Sequence record: ON529851.1
Reading direction: 5' to 3' (one strand)
DNA length: 64,000 bases
The position numbers and the translations under genes were made by a program. Below are positions 35,669 to 44,928 of the stretch, piece by piece. Numbering within the stretch: the first letter of the stretch is position 1; every line of letters starts with the position of its first letter. The notes beneath the pieces are model-generated. The model was given only the letters and a program-made list of their open reading frames with translations. It ran no database searches and was not told the DNA's origin.

Positions 35669-35982
35669 TAGCGAGCGCTGACAATAGGATTTGTCATCGC
35701 GCCCTTACAATCTGCCACTGTCATTTTTCACGGCGGTGGTTGACAGCACCACCGGCAGTCCGTAGACAACCTGGGCCGGGAGCGTTCTGCTCAGTCCGTG
35801 ACCGGCTCTGGAAGAGAAGAGCGGCCGGCCCCTCCCGTACGAGGATGCTGGTCGCTCCGATCTCGCGGGATCAGGCTTTCCTGAACTTTCCTGAAATGTA
35901 TCCCAACATTCCGAAGGGGTCCCGCAGGACCACCGCCGTGTAGAATGCAGGACCACCGCCCGCATAATGCGCCAGGTCGAGC

Positions 35983-36125
35983 ATCACTCCTGCGCTTCGC
36001 GCCGTCGTGCCCGGCTCCGCCGGCCGCACCTCCGGTCGCCCTATAGGATAAGGCCCGGCACTCGAACGCAGGTCGAGCCGGCCGCAACGTCAACACGGTG
36101 CCCGACAAGGCTCGGCACAGCCGTG
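35983..36125 (+). repeat. Dispersed hairpin element, copy 3
   Basis: About 95 nt near-identical to 43478-43580. Confidence 0.85.
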
Positions 36126-36244
36126 TGATTGCTTGGACTTTCCTGAAATCTATCCCAAAAAATCGCAACAGCCTTCACGGTCAAACCAATTTTCAACCGA
36201 CTCGGGCTCACGCCGGCCTTGTCCTGGAGGGGCCTAGTCGGCCC

Positions 36245-36532
36245 TCAGCGGGCCTCTGGGATCAGCGGGACGCCGTTCAGGACCGCGTCGAACTGTTCGA
36301 TCAGGTCGTAGGTGGATTTCATCTCGCCGTCGATCTCGACCTCGTCCAGGTTCCAGTCCGTGGCGATGCTGGCGAGTTGCCGGGCGACCCGGACCGCTTC
36401 GAGCGCGGCGAGCAGGCGCTGATAGTCGGGGTCTTCCAGGATCAGGTCCTGGTCGTCCGGGTGGACGCCGATCAGGCGGGTGCGGATATAGCTGGCGAGG
36501 ATGTCGGCTTGGGTCGGGGGTGCTGAGGTCAT
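36245..36532 (-). CDS. Hypothetical protein
   Basis: ORF track; AAAGG upstream. Confidence 0.7.
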   Translation of the reverse strand: MTSAPPTQADILASYIRTRLIGVHPDDQDLILEDPDYQRLLAALEAVRVARQLASIATDWNLDEVEIDGEMKSTYDLIEQFDAVLNGVPLIPEAR

Positions 36533-36614
36533 GCCTTTATGTGTCAGGCATCTTGACCGGGGTCAAGGGGATCGCCGCCCGCCCCGGTGCAACGGAGCGG
36601 GCGCGCAGCCTGGT

Positions 36615-36718
36615 CAAACAGCAAACCCCAGGCGGGCGCACCACAGGGGCGCCTCGATCTCGCGCTCACCGAAGAGCGCCACGTCCGCCGCAGTAGGAAC
36701 GAGAACCTGCGCGAACGG
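36615..36718 (-). ncRNA. Candidate sRNA-3
   Basis: TTGACC(36753-36748)-17-CAATGT; stem with pyrimidine-rich loop, then GCGCTC/GAGCGC hairpin; 3' end uncertain. Confidence 0.5.
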
Positions 36719-36830
36719 ACCTGGACATTGCCGTCGATCCTGACAAAGGTCAAGGAAAATCCCCGCATGTCCACAGGCGCGTCGCCCAGGCCGGTCAAGG
36801 AAAATGCCGCCCTGCGGTGGTCCGGCCAGC

Positions 36831-36953
36831 AAAAACCCGCCGGCGAGGGACCGGCGGGTTCGGGCTCTGTTCAGGAAGCCGCGCTCGTGAAGAGCGCCAC
36901 AGCCGCCTTGCCGGGGAGGTACTGAAAGGAGTCGACGGTCCCGGCGCGACTGG
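36831..36953 (-). ncRNA. Candidate sRNA-2
   Basis: TTGACA(36988-36983)-17-CATACA; no ATG; intrinsic terminator 36831-36860. Confidence 0.65.
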
Positions 36954-37001
36954 ACCTTCTGTATGCCGGGGCTGGCAGTGTGTGTCAATGGGGCTGACAC
37001 G

Positions 37002-37095
37002 AAAAGACCCGCCGGCGAACCGACGGGTCTGGATCGATCAAGATGCTTTATCTCGAAAGCCGGAGCCCCGGACGGCACAGGATACGCGTGCCTTG
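37002..37095 (-). ncRNA. Candidate sRNA-1
   Basis: TTGACA(37129-37124)-17-CATAAG; no ATG; three hairpins; terminator 37002-37030. Confidence 0.65.
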
Positions 37096-37171
37096 TTCCC
37101 CTTATGGGGCGAACCGTGCTGGGTGTCAAGAATCCAGGCAGCCGAGATTCCTCCCGAGGGCGGGCGCCGGG

Positions 37172-37609
37172 TCAAGAGACGGGGCGGACGGCGGTCGCGT
37201 AGTTGTCGAACGCGTCGATTCGGATGCAGAAGGAGACGATGTCCCCCGGCTTGAACCGGTTGTCCGCCTCTGCGATCCAGGCGTCCCCGTCGACAGGTCC
37301 TGTGCGGCGCACGTAGAGGCGTCCCGAGGGGTGGGTGCGTACGATCCCCCTGTAGCGGTTGTTCCTCAGCTTACGGACATCAACCGCGTGGTCGGTGCCG
37401 TCCTCGGTGACCTGGAGATCGAACGCCACGCGCTCGCCCCGATACAGAGGCGCGCAGCCGGAGCGGAATGCGGCGTCCGTGAGCATGGGGACGCGGCGGT
37501 CCCCAGCGGTGGTGTCCGTGATGATGCTATAGGCGCCATCGCGTAGGTCGAGGTAACCGTCTCTGACGTATTCCTTGCGAAAAGCGTACTCTGCGGGTGT
37601 TTCGCTCAT
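37172..37609 (-). CDS. Protein with two cold-shock/OB-like repeats
   Basis: GERVAFDLQVTEDGTDHAVDV and PGDIVSFCIRIDAFDNYATAV resemble CSD C-termini. Confidence 0.6.
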   Translation of the reverse strand: MSETPAEYAFRKEYVRDGYLDLRDGAYSIITDTTAGDRRVPMLTDAAFRSGCAPLYRGERVAFDLQVTEDGTDHAVDVRKLRNNRYRGIVRTHPSGRLYVRRTGPVDGDAWIAEADNRFKPGDIVSFCIRIDAFDNYATAVRPVS

Positions 37610-38322
37610 CAGTCTTCCCTTCTCTCGGGCACGCCGTATTCGGCCTCCGGGTATTGGTCGTGGGTGTAGTCCTCGACCGCGTCGAAGCCTTGCTCCTTGG
37701 CGATCTCCAGAGCCTCGTCAGCGCTGCTGGCGCGGATCGTCCACTGGTCGCGGCTGGTCCAGGTCACGTCGATGTCGTAGAGGCCTTCGCCTTCCGGCTC
37801 AGGTTCCGGCGTCGGGTCGGACACGGTGATCGTTATGGCGGTGGTCTCGGCCGCCTGCCCCTGGACAGTTTCCCGGATGGTGACGACGCCTTCGTCGGTC
37901 GCCGAGAGGACTTCCACCCGATGACCCCGGAGCGCGCTCAGGCGCCCTTCTTCATGGGCCGCCGCGATGATCCGATTGAGATAGTAGCGCGACACCCCGT
38001 CCATGAAGACCTTGAACTCGGGCTCCAGCAGCACGCGGCGGATGAAGGCTTCATCGGTCACATAGGCGCCGATGTTCGATCGCAGAAAGCGGTGGCGATA
38101 GTCCGGCAGGGACTCGGGCGCGACCGCGACCAGATCGTGCGCGACCAACTCGGTATCTTCGGCTCGCAGGGCGAACTCGACCTGGGCGAAGCGCGGCAGA
38201 TCGGCCAGGCCTTGCTGGGCGCCGTCGGCGACGCGCACCGTCCTCACGGTGGGTTCGCGCTGCGCGACGAACCAGCGGTCGTTGAACTGGAAGAGGCCTC
38301 CGCGATTAGGGCGTTCGGTCAT
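37609..38322 (-). CDS. Hypothetical protein
   Basis: Start MTERPNRG after AAGGAGA. Confidence 0.75.
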   Translation of the reverse strand: MTERPNRGGLFQFNDRWFVAQREPTVRTVRVADGAQQGLADLPRFAQVEFALRAEDTELVAHDLVAVAPESLPDYRHRFLRSNIGAYVTDEAFIRRVLLEPEFKVFMDGVSRYYLNRIIAAAHEEGRLSALRGHRVEVLSATDEGVVTIRETVQGQAAETTAITITVSDPTPEPEPEGEGLYDIDVTWTSRDQWTIRASSADEALEIAKEQGFDAVEDYTHDQYPEAEYGVPERRED

Positions 38323-38392
38323 GGGGTCTCCTTGGGGATCAGATCGGCGTTGAAGTGGGCGCGGCCACGCCTGTCGGTGAAGAAACCCTCCA

Positions 38393-38599
38393 TCATGGGT
38401 AGACCTGCTTGACGTCGGCTGCTCGGTCGCCGCCCTCGCACACAGGCGCCAGACGATAGGTGACAATGTCGCCCGGCGCGAAGACCTTGTCGTCCACGCC
38501 ACCCTCAACGGGAAGCCAGTCCTCGTAGCCCGACACCTGGGTGGTCAGGAAGGCGTTCGGACCCGCACAGTGCAGGATGCCTTGAAGACGTTCGGTCAT
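38393..38599 (-). CDS. Single cold-shock/OB-like protein
   Basis: 68 aa; PGDIVTYRLAPVCEGGDRAADV. Confidence 0.6.
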   Translation of the reverse strand: MTERLQGILHCAGPNAFLTTQVSGYEDWLPVEGGVDDKVFAPGDIVTYRLAPVCEGGDRAADVKQVYP

Positions 38600-39486
38600 C
38601 CCGCCACCGGCATGATGTCGACCGCAAACGTCTGGCCGGTCTGGTTGCGCTCCAGTCGGTAGGTCACGACGGGGCTATCGCCTTCCTCGATCTGCACCAC
38701 GAAGGTGCCGGCGGTGGCGATCCAGTGCTGGTGGTTCGACTCCTGGGTCGCCACGAAGATGTCGCGACCGGAGCGGATCAGGATGCCGCGCTTGCGCGGC
38801 GACGGGTTGCTGCCGTCAGCCTGGCCGCAGGCGTCATAGGTGCTGTTCGGCAGGGGCTTCCTGGGGGCGAAGGGCCGGATGGCGGTCGCGTAGCGCTGCC
38901 CGGAATTCCCTTCGATCACCGCGTAGGAGACGCGCTCGTGCGGCCGCAGCCCGTATTCCTGCCCCGAGGTCAGCCTGATCGCGTCGCTGCCGTCCTCGGG
39001 GTAGATCACGACCCAGGCGTGCGACATGCCCGGCGTGTCCGTGGGCTCCTTCTGGGTGCCGATGATGCCGGTGAACCGCGCGGGCGCCTTCGCCGTCTCG
39101 GGCGACCCGCCGGGGACGAAGAACTCGCCGCGTTCCTGCACCTGGAACAAATAGTCGATCCGCTCGCGTTCTTCCTGGGTCACGTAGTCTGGGCCGTGCG
39201 CCCGCTGCGCGACATCCAGGGCGTCGCTGATGAAGTTGATCTCGCACTGCCTGCGGGGCGTCCCATTGTGCATACGGGCGCCGACCAGCATGCCGCTGAG
39301 TTCGGCGTCCGACGCGATGTCGAAGGGGATTGTCCGACAGAGGAACAGCGCCAACGCCAACGCGCGGTCCATCCCGAGCCGCGCGCCATGCCCCTGCGGC
39401 AAGCGACGATGATAGTCGTTGTCCACCGCCTTCTCGTATAGGAACAGGATCAGGGCGGCGTGCTGCTCGCGCGTCTTCGGGGTCAT
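38596..39486 (-). CDS. Protein with two C-terminal cold-shock/OB-like repeats
   Basis: ERVSYAVIEGNSGQRYATAI and VVTYRLERNQTGQTFAVDI. Confidence 0.65.
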   Translation of the reverse strand: MTPKTREQHAALILFLYEKAVDNDYHRRLPQGHGARLGMDRALALALFLCRTIPFDIASDAELSGMLVGARMHNGTPRRQCEINFISDALDVAQRAHGPDYVTQEERERIDYLFQVQERGEFFVPGGSPETAKAPARFTGIIGTQKEPTDTPGMSHAWVVIYPEDGSDAIRLTSGQEYGLRPHERVSYAVIEGNSGQRYATAIRPFAPRKPLPNSTYDACGQADGSNPSPRKRGILIRSGRDIFVATQESNHQHWIATAGTFVVQIEEGDSPVVTYRLERNQTGQTFAVDIMPVAG

Positions 39487-39584
39487 CGGGGCTCCTCTTG
39501 TCTGTCAACGAACGACGTAGCAGGCGCCGACAGGATATGCAACAGCGATTGACAGGATCGGCGGCACACGCTTATGGTCGCGTC

Positions 39585-40322
39585 ATGATCCTGACCGACC
39601 TCGCCCAGCATAACCAGAAGCGGCTGAAGAAGCACGACGTCATGTCGATCGCCCGCTCGGTGAAGAAGCACCTCTCGCGCCTGACGTCCATGGGCTACGT
39701 CGCCGGCGCCGTCGCGGCGGGCGAGCGCGGCATCGTCACCGTCACCACGCAAGGCCGCCGCTTCGAGGTCGCGGTGCGCGAGATTTCCTGCGATGAAGAG
39801 ATCGACCAGGCCAACGCGTTCAACGCGGCTCGCAAGGCCCTCGACCCAGAGAACCTGCCGCCGGTCGCCGGCCCTGCCCCCGAGGGCGTCATCCAGACGC
39901 TCGCTGCCGAAGCGCGGCACGGCTGTCCGATCAAGACCTGGGTTTCCGCACCTCCGCCTGGGGTGATCACCGGCAAGGCGTCGCGCGTCCTGGAAGCCCG
40001 GAGCACCCTGGCCGGGCTCAACATCGACGGCGAGTACGTCTATCGCAACTACGCGGTCAACTATGACGGCCGGACCTGGGACGACCTGACGCCGAGCGAG
40101 CGCCTGTCGTGGGACGACCAGGCGGCGCTGCTCGTCGGCCGCCTCGCCCGGAAGAAGGCCCCGGAGCCCGTCGCAGCGGTCAAGACGCCCGAGCCGGTCA
40201 CCGGCCGCGACCTCTACATGACGATGATCGACAACTCCGGCGTCCACTGTAACCGCTTCCCTGGCTGGGACGAACTGGACGCGGCCGCGCAGGCGGATTG
40301 GAACCGAAAGGCTCAAAACTGA
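39585..40322 (+). CDS. Hypothetical protein
   Basis: ATG just after TTGACA(39549)-TATGGT promoter, probably leaderless. Confidence 0.7.
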   Translation: MILTDLAQHNQKRLKKHDVMSIARSVKKHLSRLTSMGYVAGAVAAGERGIVTVTTQGRRFEVAVREISCDEEIDQANAFNAARKALDPENLPPVAGPAPEGVIQTLAAEARHGCPIKTWVSAPPPGVITGKASRVLEARSTLAGLNIDGEYVYRNYAVNYDGRTWDDLTPSERLSWDDQAALLVGRLARKKAPEPVAAVKTPEPVTGRDLYMTMIDNSGVHCNRFPGWDELDAAAQADWNRKAQN

Positions 40323-41122
40323 TGCACTGGGTCCTGCAAGAGAACATGTTCGGCGAACTCGCCTACGCCGAGTTCTGCCGCACGCTGGGCCGGCTCGGCC
40401 TGCCCTATTCGGTCCACCGGGTCGTCCCCTTCATCGGGACCTTCCTGGACGAACCGCAGATCGACACGAACAACGCCATCTGCATGGGCTCCTACTCGAT
40501 GCGCTACAAGGCCGCCGAGATGGGATGGAATCCCGGTGTGTTCGATCTGGAGCCGTTCGACTTCCCCGTCCAGCACGCCCACTGGGGCGCCAACATGCTG
40601 AACGCGGACTCGCGCGTCCTGCCGCTGCGCGAGGTGAACCTGGGCGAGACGCGCGCCTTCATCCGCCCGAGCCACGACACCAAGGCCTTCCCGGCGAAGG
40701 TCTATGATCCGTTCGAGTTTGTGGAGTGGCAGGCCAGGGTCGAGAAGCTGGGCGACATGCCTCGGGAAATGCTGGACCGCAACACCCTGGTCCAGGTCAG
40801 TCCCGTGCGGGAAATCTATGAGGAATACCGCTTCTGGGTGATCCGGGGCGAGATCGTCTGCGCCTCGCTCTACAAGCGCGGCGACCGGGGGCTCCATGAC
40901 GCCGACGTGCCGCTGGCCTACCACGAGTACGTCCGCGCCATGATCGACATCTGGCAGCCGCACGAGGCCTTCGTGATCGACGTGGCGAACGTGCCCGACG
41001 ACGGCGACGGCTGGCGCGGGATCAAGATCATCGAGATCAACACGATCAACGCGGCGGGCTTCTACGCGGCGAACCTGCCGAAGCTGGCGATGGCGTTCGA
41101 AGACGCCTTCAACGAGGGCTGA
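40322..41122 (+). CDS. ATP-grasp domain protein (DUF4343/R2K-like)
   Basis: FIRPSHDTK.F, EYRFWVIRG, FVIDVA, IIEINTIN..GFY. Confidence 0.8.
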   Translation: MHWVLQENMFGELAYAEFCRTLGRLGLPYSVHRVVPFIGTFLDEPQIDTNNAICMGSYSMRYKAAEMGWNPGVFDLEPFDFPVQHAHWGANMLNADSRVLPLREVNLGETRAFIRPSHDTKAFPAKVYDPFEFVEWQARVEKLGDMPREMLDRNTLVQVSPVREIYEEYRFWVIRGEIVCASLYKRGDRGLHDADVPLAYHEYVRAMIDIWQPHEAFVIDVANVPDDGDGWRGIKIIEINTINAAGFYAANLPKLAMAFEDAFNEG

Positions 41123-41295
41123 CGGGTGTCGTTCGGCCACCGCCCGCCGATCTCTGATGATGTAATCCGACACATCCGCAGTACCGAGACGACCGACAAG
41201 ACGCTGTGCGGGCGGGCCATCGGCCGGGTCTATGACGAACGCCCAGGCTCCCCCGCCACCTGCAAGAAGTGCATCCGCCTGAGAGACGCCTGTCC

Positions 41296-41652
41296 ATGCT
41301 GAAGCTGTTCCGCCGCCGTCCTAAACCGCCGCCGGCGCCGCCCGCTTTTCAACCGCCGCCCCAGGTCGAGATCGTCGAGACCTATGACGGCTACCTGATC
41401 CGCCAGGCGGGGACGGGCCTATACGCCTGGTTCGCGAACGCTGATGTCCCTCATTGGCATCCGCGCGACTGGCGCAATCATGATCACCCGTTCGGTTACG
41501 CCTACTCGCTCTACCGCTCCAAAGACCTCGAACTCGCCCGCACCACCTGCGCTCAGGTCGAGGCCTACATGGGGCGTGAGGCGGAGCGGGACCATCGCAC
41601 CGCCGTGGAGGCCTTCGAGCGCGCCGTCTACGCCGAGCGGGTGATCACCTGA
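41296..41652 (+). CDS. Hypothetical protein
   Basis: GAGA RBS; MLKLFRRR. Confidence 0.7.
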   Translation: MLKLFRRRPKPPPAPPAFQPPPQVEIVETYDGYLIRQAGTGLYAWFANADVPHWHPRDWRNHDHPFGYAYSLYRSKDLELARTTCAQVEAYMGREAERDHRTAVEAFERAVYAERVIT

Positions 41653-41906
41653 TGCCCGCCACCGAAACCTACATCTGCCTCACCTGCCGGAAGGACTTCA
41701 CGGCCCGCACCGCCGACCGCCTGCGCGGCTGGGCGCGGTTCTGCTGCAAGTCCTGCAAGGCCAAGCAGATGAAGCCGGGCATTCGGGGCCGCCGCGTCAC
41801 CCACGTCATCGTCGACGAATACGCCCTGGGCGGCTCGGTCGCCAACGGCGCCTATCACGACTTCGACGACACCCACCCCTTCTCGGGCGACGCCCTGGAG
41901 CCGTAG
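41652..41906 (+). CDS. Small Zn-finger protein
   Basis: CLTC...FCCKSC. Confidence 0.7.
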   Translation: MPATETYICLTCRKDFTARTADRLRGWARFCCKSCKAKQMKPGIRGRRVTHVIVDEYALGGSVANGAYHDFDDTHPFSGDALEP

Positions 41907-41908
41907 CG

Positions 41909-42283
41909 ATGCAGATCAAGATGAAGGGCCGGGTGGTCTATGCCGGCGGGCTTCTGGAGATTGACGGCTTCACCGTCTCCAATCCGCTGGACTCGACGCC
42001 CCTGGGTGAAATCCCCGAGACCCTGACCCTCACCGGTGAACTGGTCATGACGGAGACGCAACGCGCCCGTTTCGAGGCCTGGGCCGAGGAGATGCGGGCG
42101 AAGGAACTGGCGCGGATCAAGGCGCTGGCGGCCGCGTCGGGGCTCTCCGTGGTCTATGACACCACCGTCTTCGAGATGGCGTGGTCGCCTCAGTATGGCG
42201 CTGACGGCGCCGTGCTCGGCTGGTTCAGCAACACCACCGACGAATACCGCGCTGGCCCTGACTATCCTGGAGACGACGCGTGA
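41909..42283 (+). CDS. Hypothetical protein
   Basis: ORF track, operon context. Confidence 0.7.
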   Translation: MQIKMKGRVVYAGGLLEIDGFTVSNPLDSTPLGEIPETLTLTGELVMTETQRARFEAWAEEMRAKELARIKALAAASGLSVVYDTTVFEMAWSPQYGADGAVLGWFSNTTDEYRAGPDYPGDDA

Positions 42284-42386
42284 CCATCGCCCTCGTGATC
42301 CTCATTCCGCTGGCAGTTGCCGTCCTGCTTGAACTCATGTGCTGTGTGTCAGCGCCGAACCCTGTCCTCCCCGGAGACGAACGCCC

Positions 42387-42647
42387 GTGACCTATCGCAA
42401 GCGCTTCGACGCCCTGACCCATGGCGACCTCTTCTATCTGGACCTGGACAGAGGTGTGATCGCGCTGTCGTATGGGATCACCACCGTTCCCGACGGTCAG
42501 GTCCAGATTCACTACGTCCTGCCCGGCGACGGGTCCGTTTACCGGCGCACGGTGACGGCGGCGCACCAGACTCTCATCCTCACCAAGCCCTCTCGCGCCG
42601 AGGTGCGGGAACTGAAGGCGTACAACGGATTGCATGCACCATGCTGA
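42387..42647 (+). CDS. Hypothetical protein
   Basis: GTG after GGAGA. Confidence 0.65.
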   Translation: MTYRKRFDALTHGDLFYLDLDRGVIALSYGITTVPDGQVQIHYVLPGDGSVYRRTVTAAHQTLILTKPSRAEVRELKAYNGLHAPC

Positions 42648-42892
42648 GCACCCCTGCATGGGTTAAGCCCTGTACCGCCCTCGCCCCTGGCGACATCTTC
42701 TTCGTCGACCTGGGGCAGGACAAGCGCGGCCGTGTCGTGTCGGCCGCGCTAGTCTTCGGCGGTGCCCTCAAGGTGGTCTATGAGGCTGAAGAGGGTGAGA
42801 AGTATCGCCTAATCATGGCGCAGGATCGTCTGGTCTGCGTGATCGCCCCAGCGCTCTGGGACGACGACTCCTACACGGCGTTCGGTCGGTGA
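42641..42892 (+). CDS. Hypothetical protein
   Basis: Overlaps upstream stop. Confidence 0.65.
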   Translation: MLSTPAWVKPCTALAPGDIFFVDLGQDKRGRVVSAALVFGGALKVVYEAEEGEKYRLIMAQDRLVCVIAPALWDDDSYTAFGR

Positions 42893-42902
42893 GGACCACC
42901 GC

Positions 42903-43421
42903 CTAGAGCGTGATGGTGATGCGGACGTTCTCCGGCGGCACGCCGAAGTGATCGGCGACCAGGTCCTTGGCCTGGTCGACCACCGCCTTCGGTTCCTGAA
43001 TAGGGTCGACTTCGATCCAGATCAGGGCGTTCAGGTCGATGTCCAGATCGCCCGAGTCGAAGTATTGCACCGGGTTCTTACCCTTGAACGGGATCAGCAG
43101 CGGGCCGTCCACCAAGGCATAGCGCTCGAAGGTGATCTTCTGCCGGCCGTCGCCATCGTCGGCGTCCACGATCTCGCCGACCTCGCCTATCAGGAAGGCG
43201 TGCTTGTGCTCGACATCGGCGGTCTCGCCCTTGTGGCTGTAGGGGCCGTGCAGGTTGCGGGCGCAGATGACCCACCCGGTCCGACGCAGGCGGCTGCGGT
43301 CGGCGCGCCAGGACTGCGTCCCGCCTTCGCGGAGAATTTGGTCGACGCTCTTGTAGGTCAGGACGGCGACGTAGGTGTCAGGCTGCGCCAAGGCAATGTT
43401 CTCCATGAATGATGCAAACAT
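42903..43421 (-). CDS. Hypothetical protein of bacterial appearance (moron-like)
   Basis: ILREGGTQSW, KNPVQY, AKDLVADHFGVPPENVRITI; start may be ATG 43406. Confidence 0.75.
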   Translation of the reverse strand: MFASFMENIALAQPDTYVAVLTYKSVDQILREGGTQSWRADRSRLRRTGWVICARNLHGPYSHKGETADVEHKHAFLIGEVGEIVDADDGDGRQKITFERYALVDGPLLIPFKGKNPVQYFDSGDLDIDLNALIWIEVDPIQEPKAVVDQAKDLVADHFGVPPENVRITITL

Positions 43422-43477
43422 CCATAGGACAGGCCCAACATTGCGTCAATACCACCGCCTACAATGCGGCAATGTTT

Positions 43478-43660
43478 ATCACTCCTGCGCTTCGCGCCGT
43501 CGTGCCCGGCTGCCGCCGGCCGCACCTCCGGTCACCCTATAGGAAAAGCGATCAGCCCCGGCACTCGAACGCAGTTCGAGCCGCACGGCCTATTCGACCA
43601 CCACCGTCCTCTGTCCCAGGACACAGGACACCAGGCTCGGCACGGCCTATTCGACTGCCT
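43478..43660 (+). repeat. Dispersed hairpin element, copy 4
   Basis: ATCACTCCTGCGCTTCGCGCCGTCGTGCCCGGC...; GGCAC-loop hairpins follow. Confidence 0.85.
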
Positions 43661-43949
43661 CGACCGGATCGCCTTTCCCGTTCAGGCCAGGCTCAACGTC
43701 ATCCCCGTTCAGGCCCGGCACGACCGCAACGACCTCTCGGCCCGTCCGCCGGCATGTCTCCAGCAGCGTCTCTTCCAATCGACCGGCCCGGTTCCTGGAC
43801 CGCCACACGATGTCGACCTGGCAGATGAAGGGCTGGTTGTTCAGGATGCGGACGGCGCGAGCGCGCGCCGAGTCCATGTCGAACGCCTCCGACAGCGGCT
43901 CCAGCCGCTTGACGAAATGATGTTCCTGGTGGCGTCGGGTCCCGATCAT
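43647..43949 (-). CDS. Hypothetical protein
   Basis: Coupled ORF. Confidence 0.65.
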   Translation of the reverse strand: MIGTRRHQEHHFVKRLEPLSEAFDMDSARARAVRILNNQPFICQVDIVWRSRNRAGRLEETLLETCRRTGREVVAVVPGLNGDDVEPGLNGKGDPVEAVE

Positions 43950-44113
43950 CGACCCATCGCCCAGACGGCAAGCAGGAAGGTGGCGGTGGCGAGGTTGATC
44001 GGATTGAAGTCGAACGGTCCGACGCCAAAGCCCACCAGGTAACCCCCGATGACCAGCACGGCGACACCGACGTCGACGCTGTAGCGGATGATGCGGTCGA
44101 CATCCATCTTCAT
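43946..44113 (-). CDS. Small two-TM protein
   Basis: Hydrophobic; GGGAGA RBS. Confidence 0.7.
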   Translation of the reverse strand: MKMDVDRIIRYSVDVGVAVLVIGGYLVGFGVGPFDFNPINLATATFLLAVWAMGR

Positions 44114-44130
44114 GTTGTTCTCCCTGGTGA

Positions 44131-44871
44131 TCATTCGACGATCAGGCCGTGCTTCAAGGCTTCCTCGCGCGTCAGGTTCTGCTTCTCATCCAGGACCAAC
44201 ACCGACTCGGCTCTCGCCGAGGTCGGATACCGGCACTGGATCGAGATGCGGTGCCCGTGGTTGTAGGCCCAGAAGTGACCGCGCCCATACTGGGCGTCCA
44301 GCGCCGCTTGCAGGTCCGTGCGGATGTCGTTGATGTGACGGCCGTCGCGGGGCGTGTCGTTACAGATCAACCACTGCATCGGCGCCAGTGTCGCGGCGTC
44401 CAGAAGCATGCGATCGAAGTCAGCGAACTGCGACGGCTTCTTATCCCAGTTCGGCCGGCGATCCGGGGGCCGATTGTCGGTCATGTTCCAGGGCCTCTCG
44501 GGCGCCTTGAACGGCACGGCCTCGATCCAGTAGGTCTGGAGCGACGTGCTCCAACGTAGGCGCTGCTCCAACCCGGACGCGTCTTCCAACGCCTTCAGCC
44601 GCTCCAGGGCGGCGGCGCGGGCGAGGTCGCGTGCATCGCTCCCCGCCCGGACGGCTTCGGCGGCGAAGTCGGCGCACGCATACACGTCGGGGCCGGGGGT
44701 CAGGATCGGCTCGACGATATAGGCCTCCTGGGCGGGGTCCCAACGCCGGCGAAACTGAGCGACGCCCGTCCGCTCCAGCGCCTTGATGCGGTCAGCGGCC
44801 GCCATCGCGGCCTGGGCCTGACCATCATCGGCGCCCTTCTGGGGATAGTCGGCTGCGCGGTAGATGGGCAT
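44131..44871 (-). CDS. Hypothetical protein
   Basis: RBS; promoter 44901-44927. Confidence 0.8.
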   Translation of the reverse strand: MPIYRAADYPQKGADDGQAQAAMAAADRIKALERTGVAQFRRRWDPAQEAYIVEPILTPGPDVYACADFAAEAVRAGSDARDLARAAALERLKALEDASGLEQRLRWSTSLQTYWIEAVPFKAPERPWNMTDNRPPDRRPNWDKKPSQFADFDRMLLDAATLAPMQWLICNDTPRDGRHINDIRTDLQAALDAQYGRGHFWAYNHGHRISIQCRYPTSARAESVLVLDEKQNLTREEALKHGLIVE

Positions 44872-44928
44872 CGGGGCGTCTCCTCTTCAGTTGAGGATCA
44901 TGTAAAGGAATGATTTGAGGCTGTCAAC

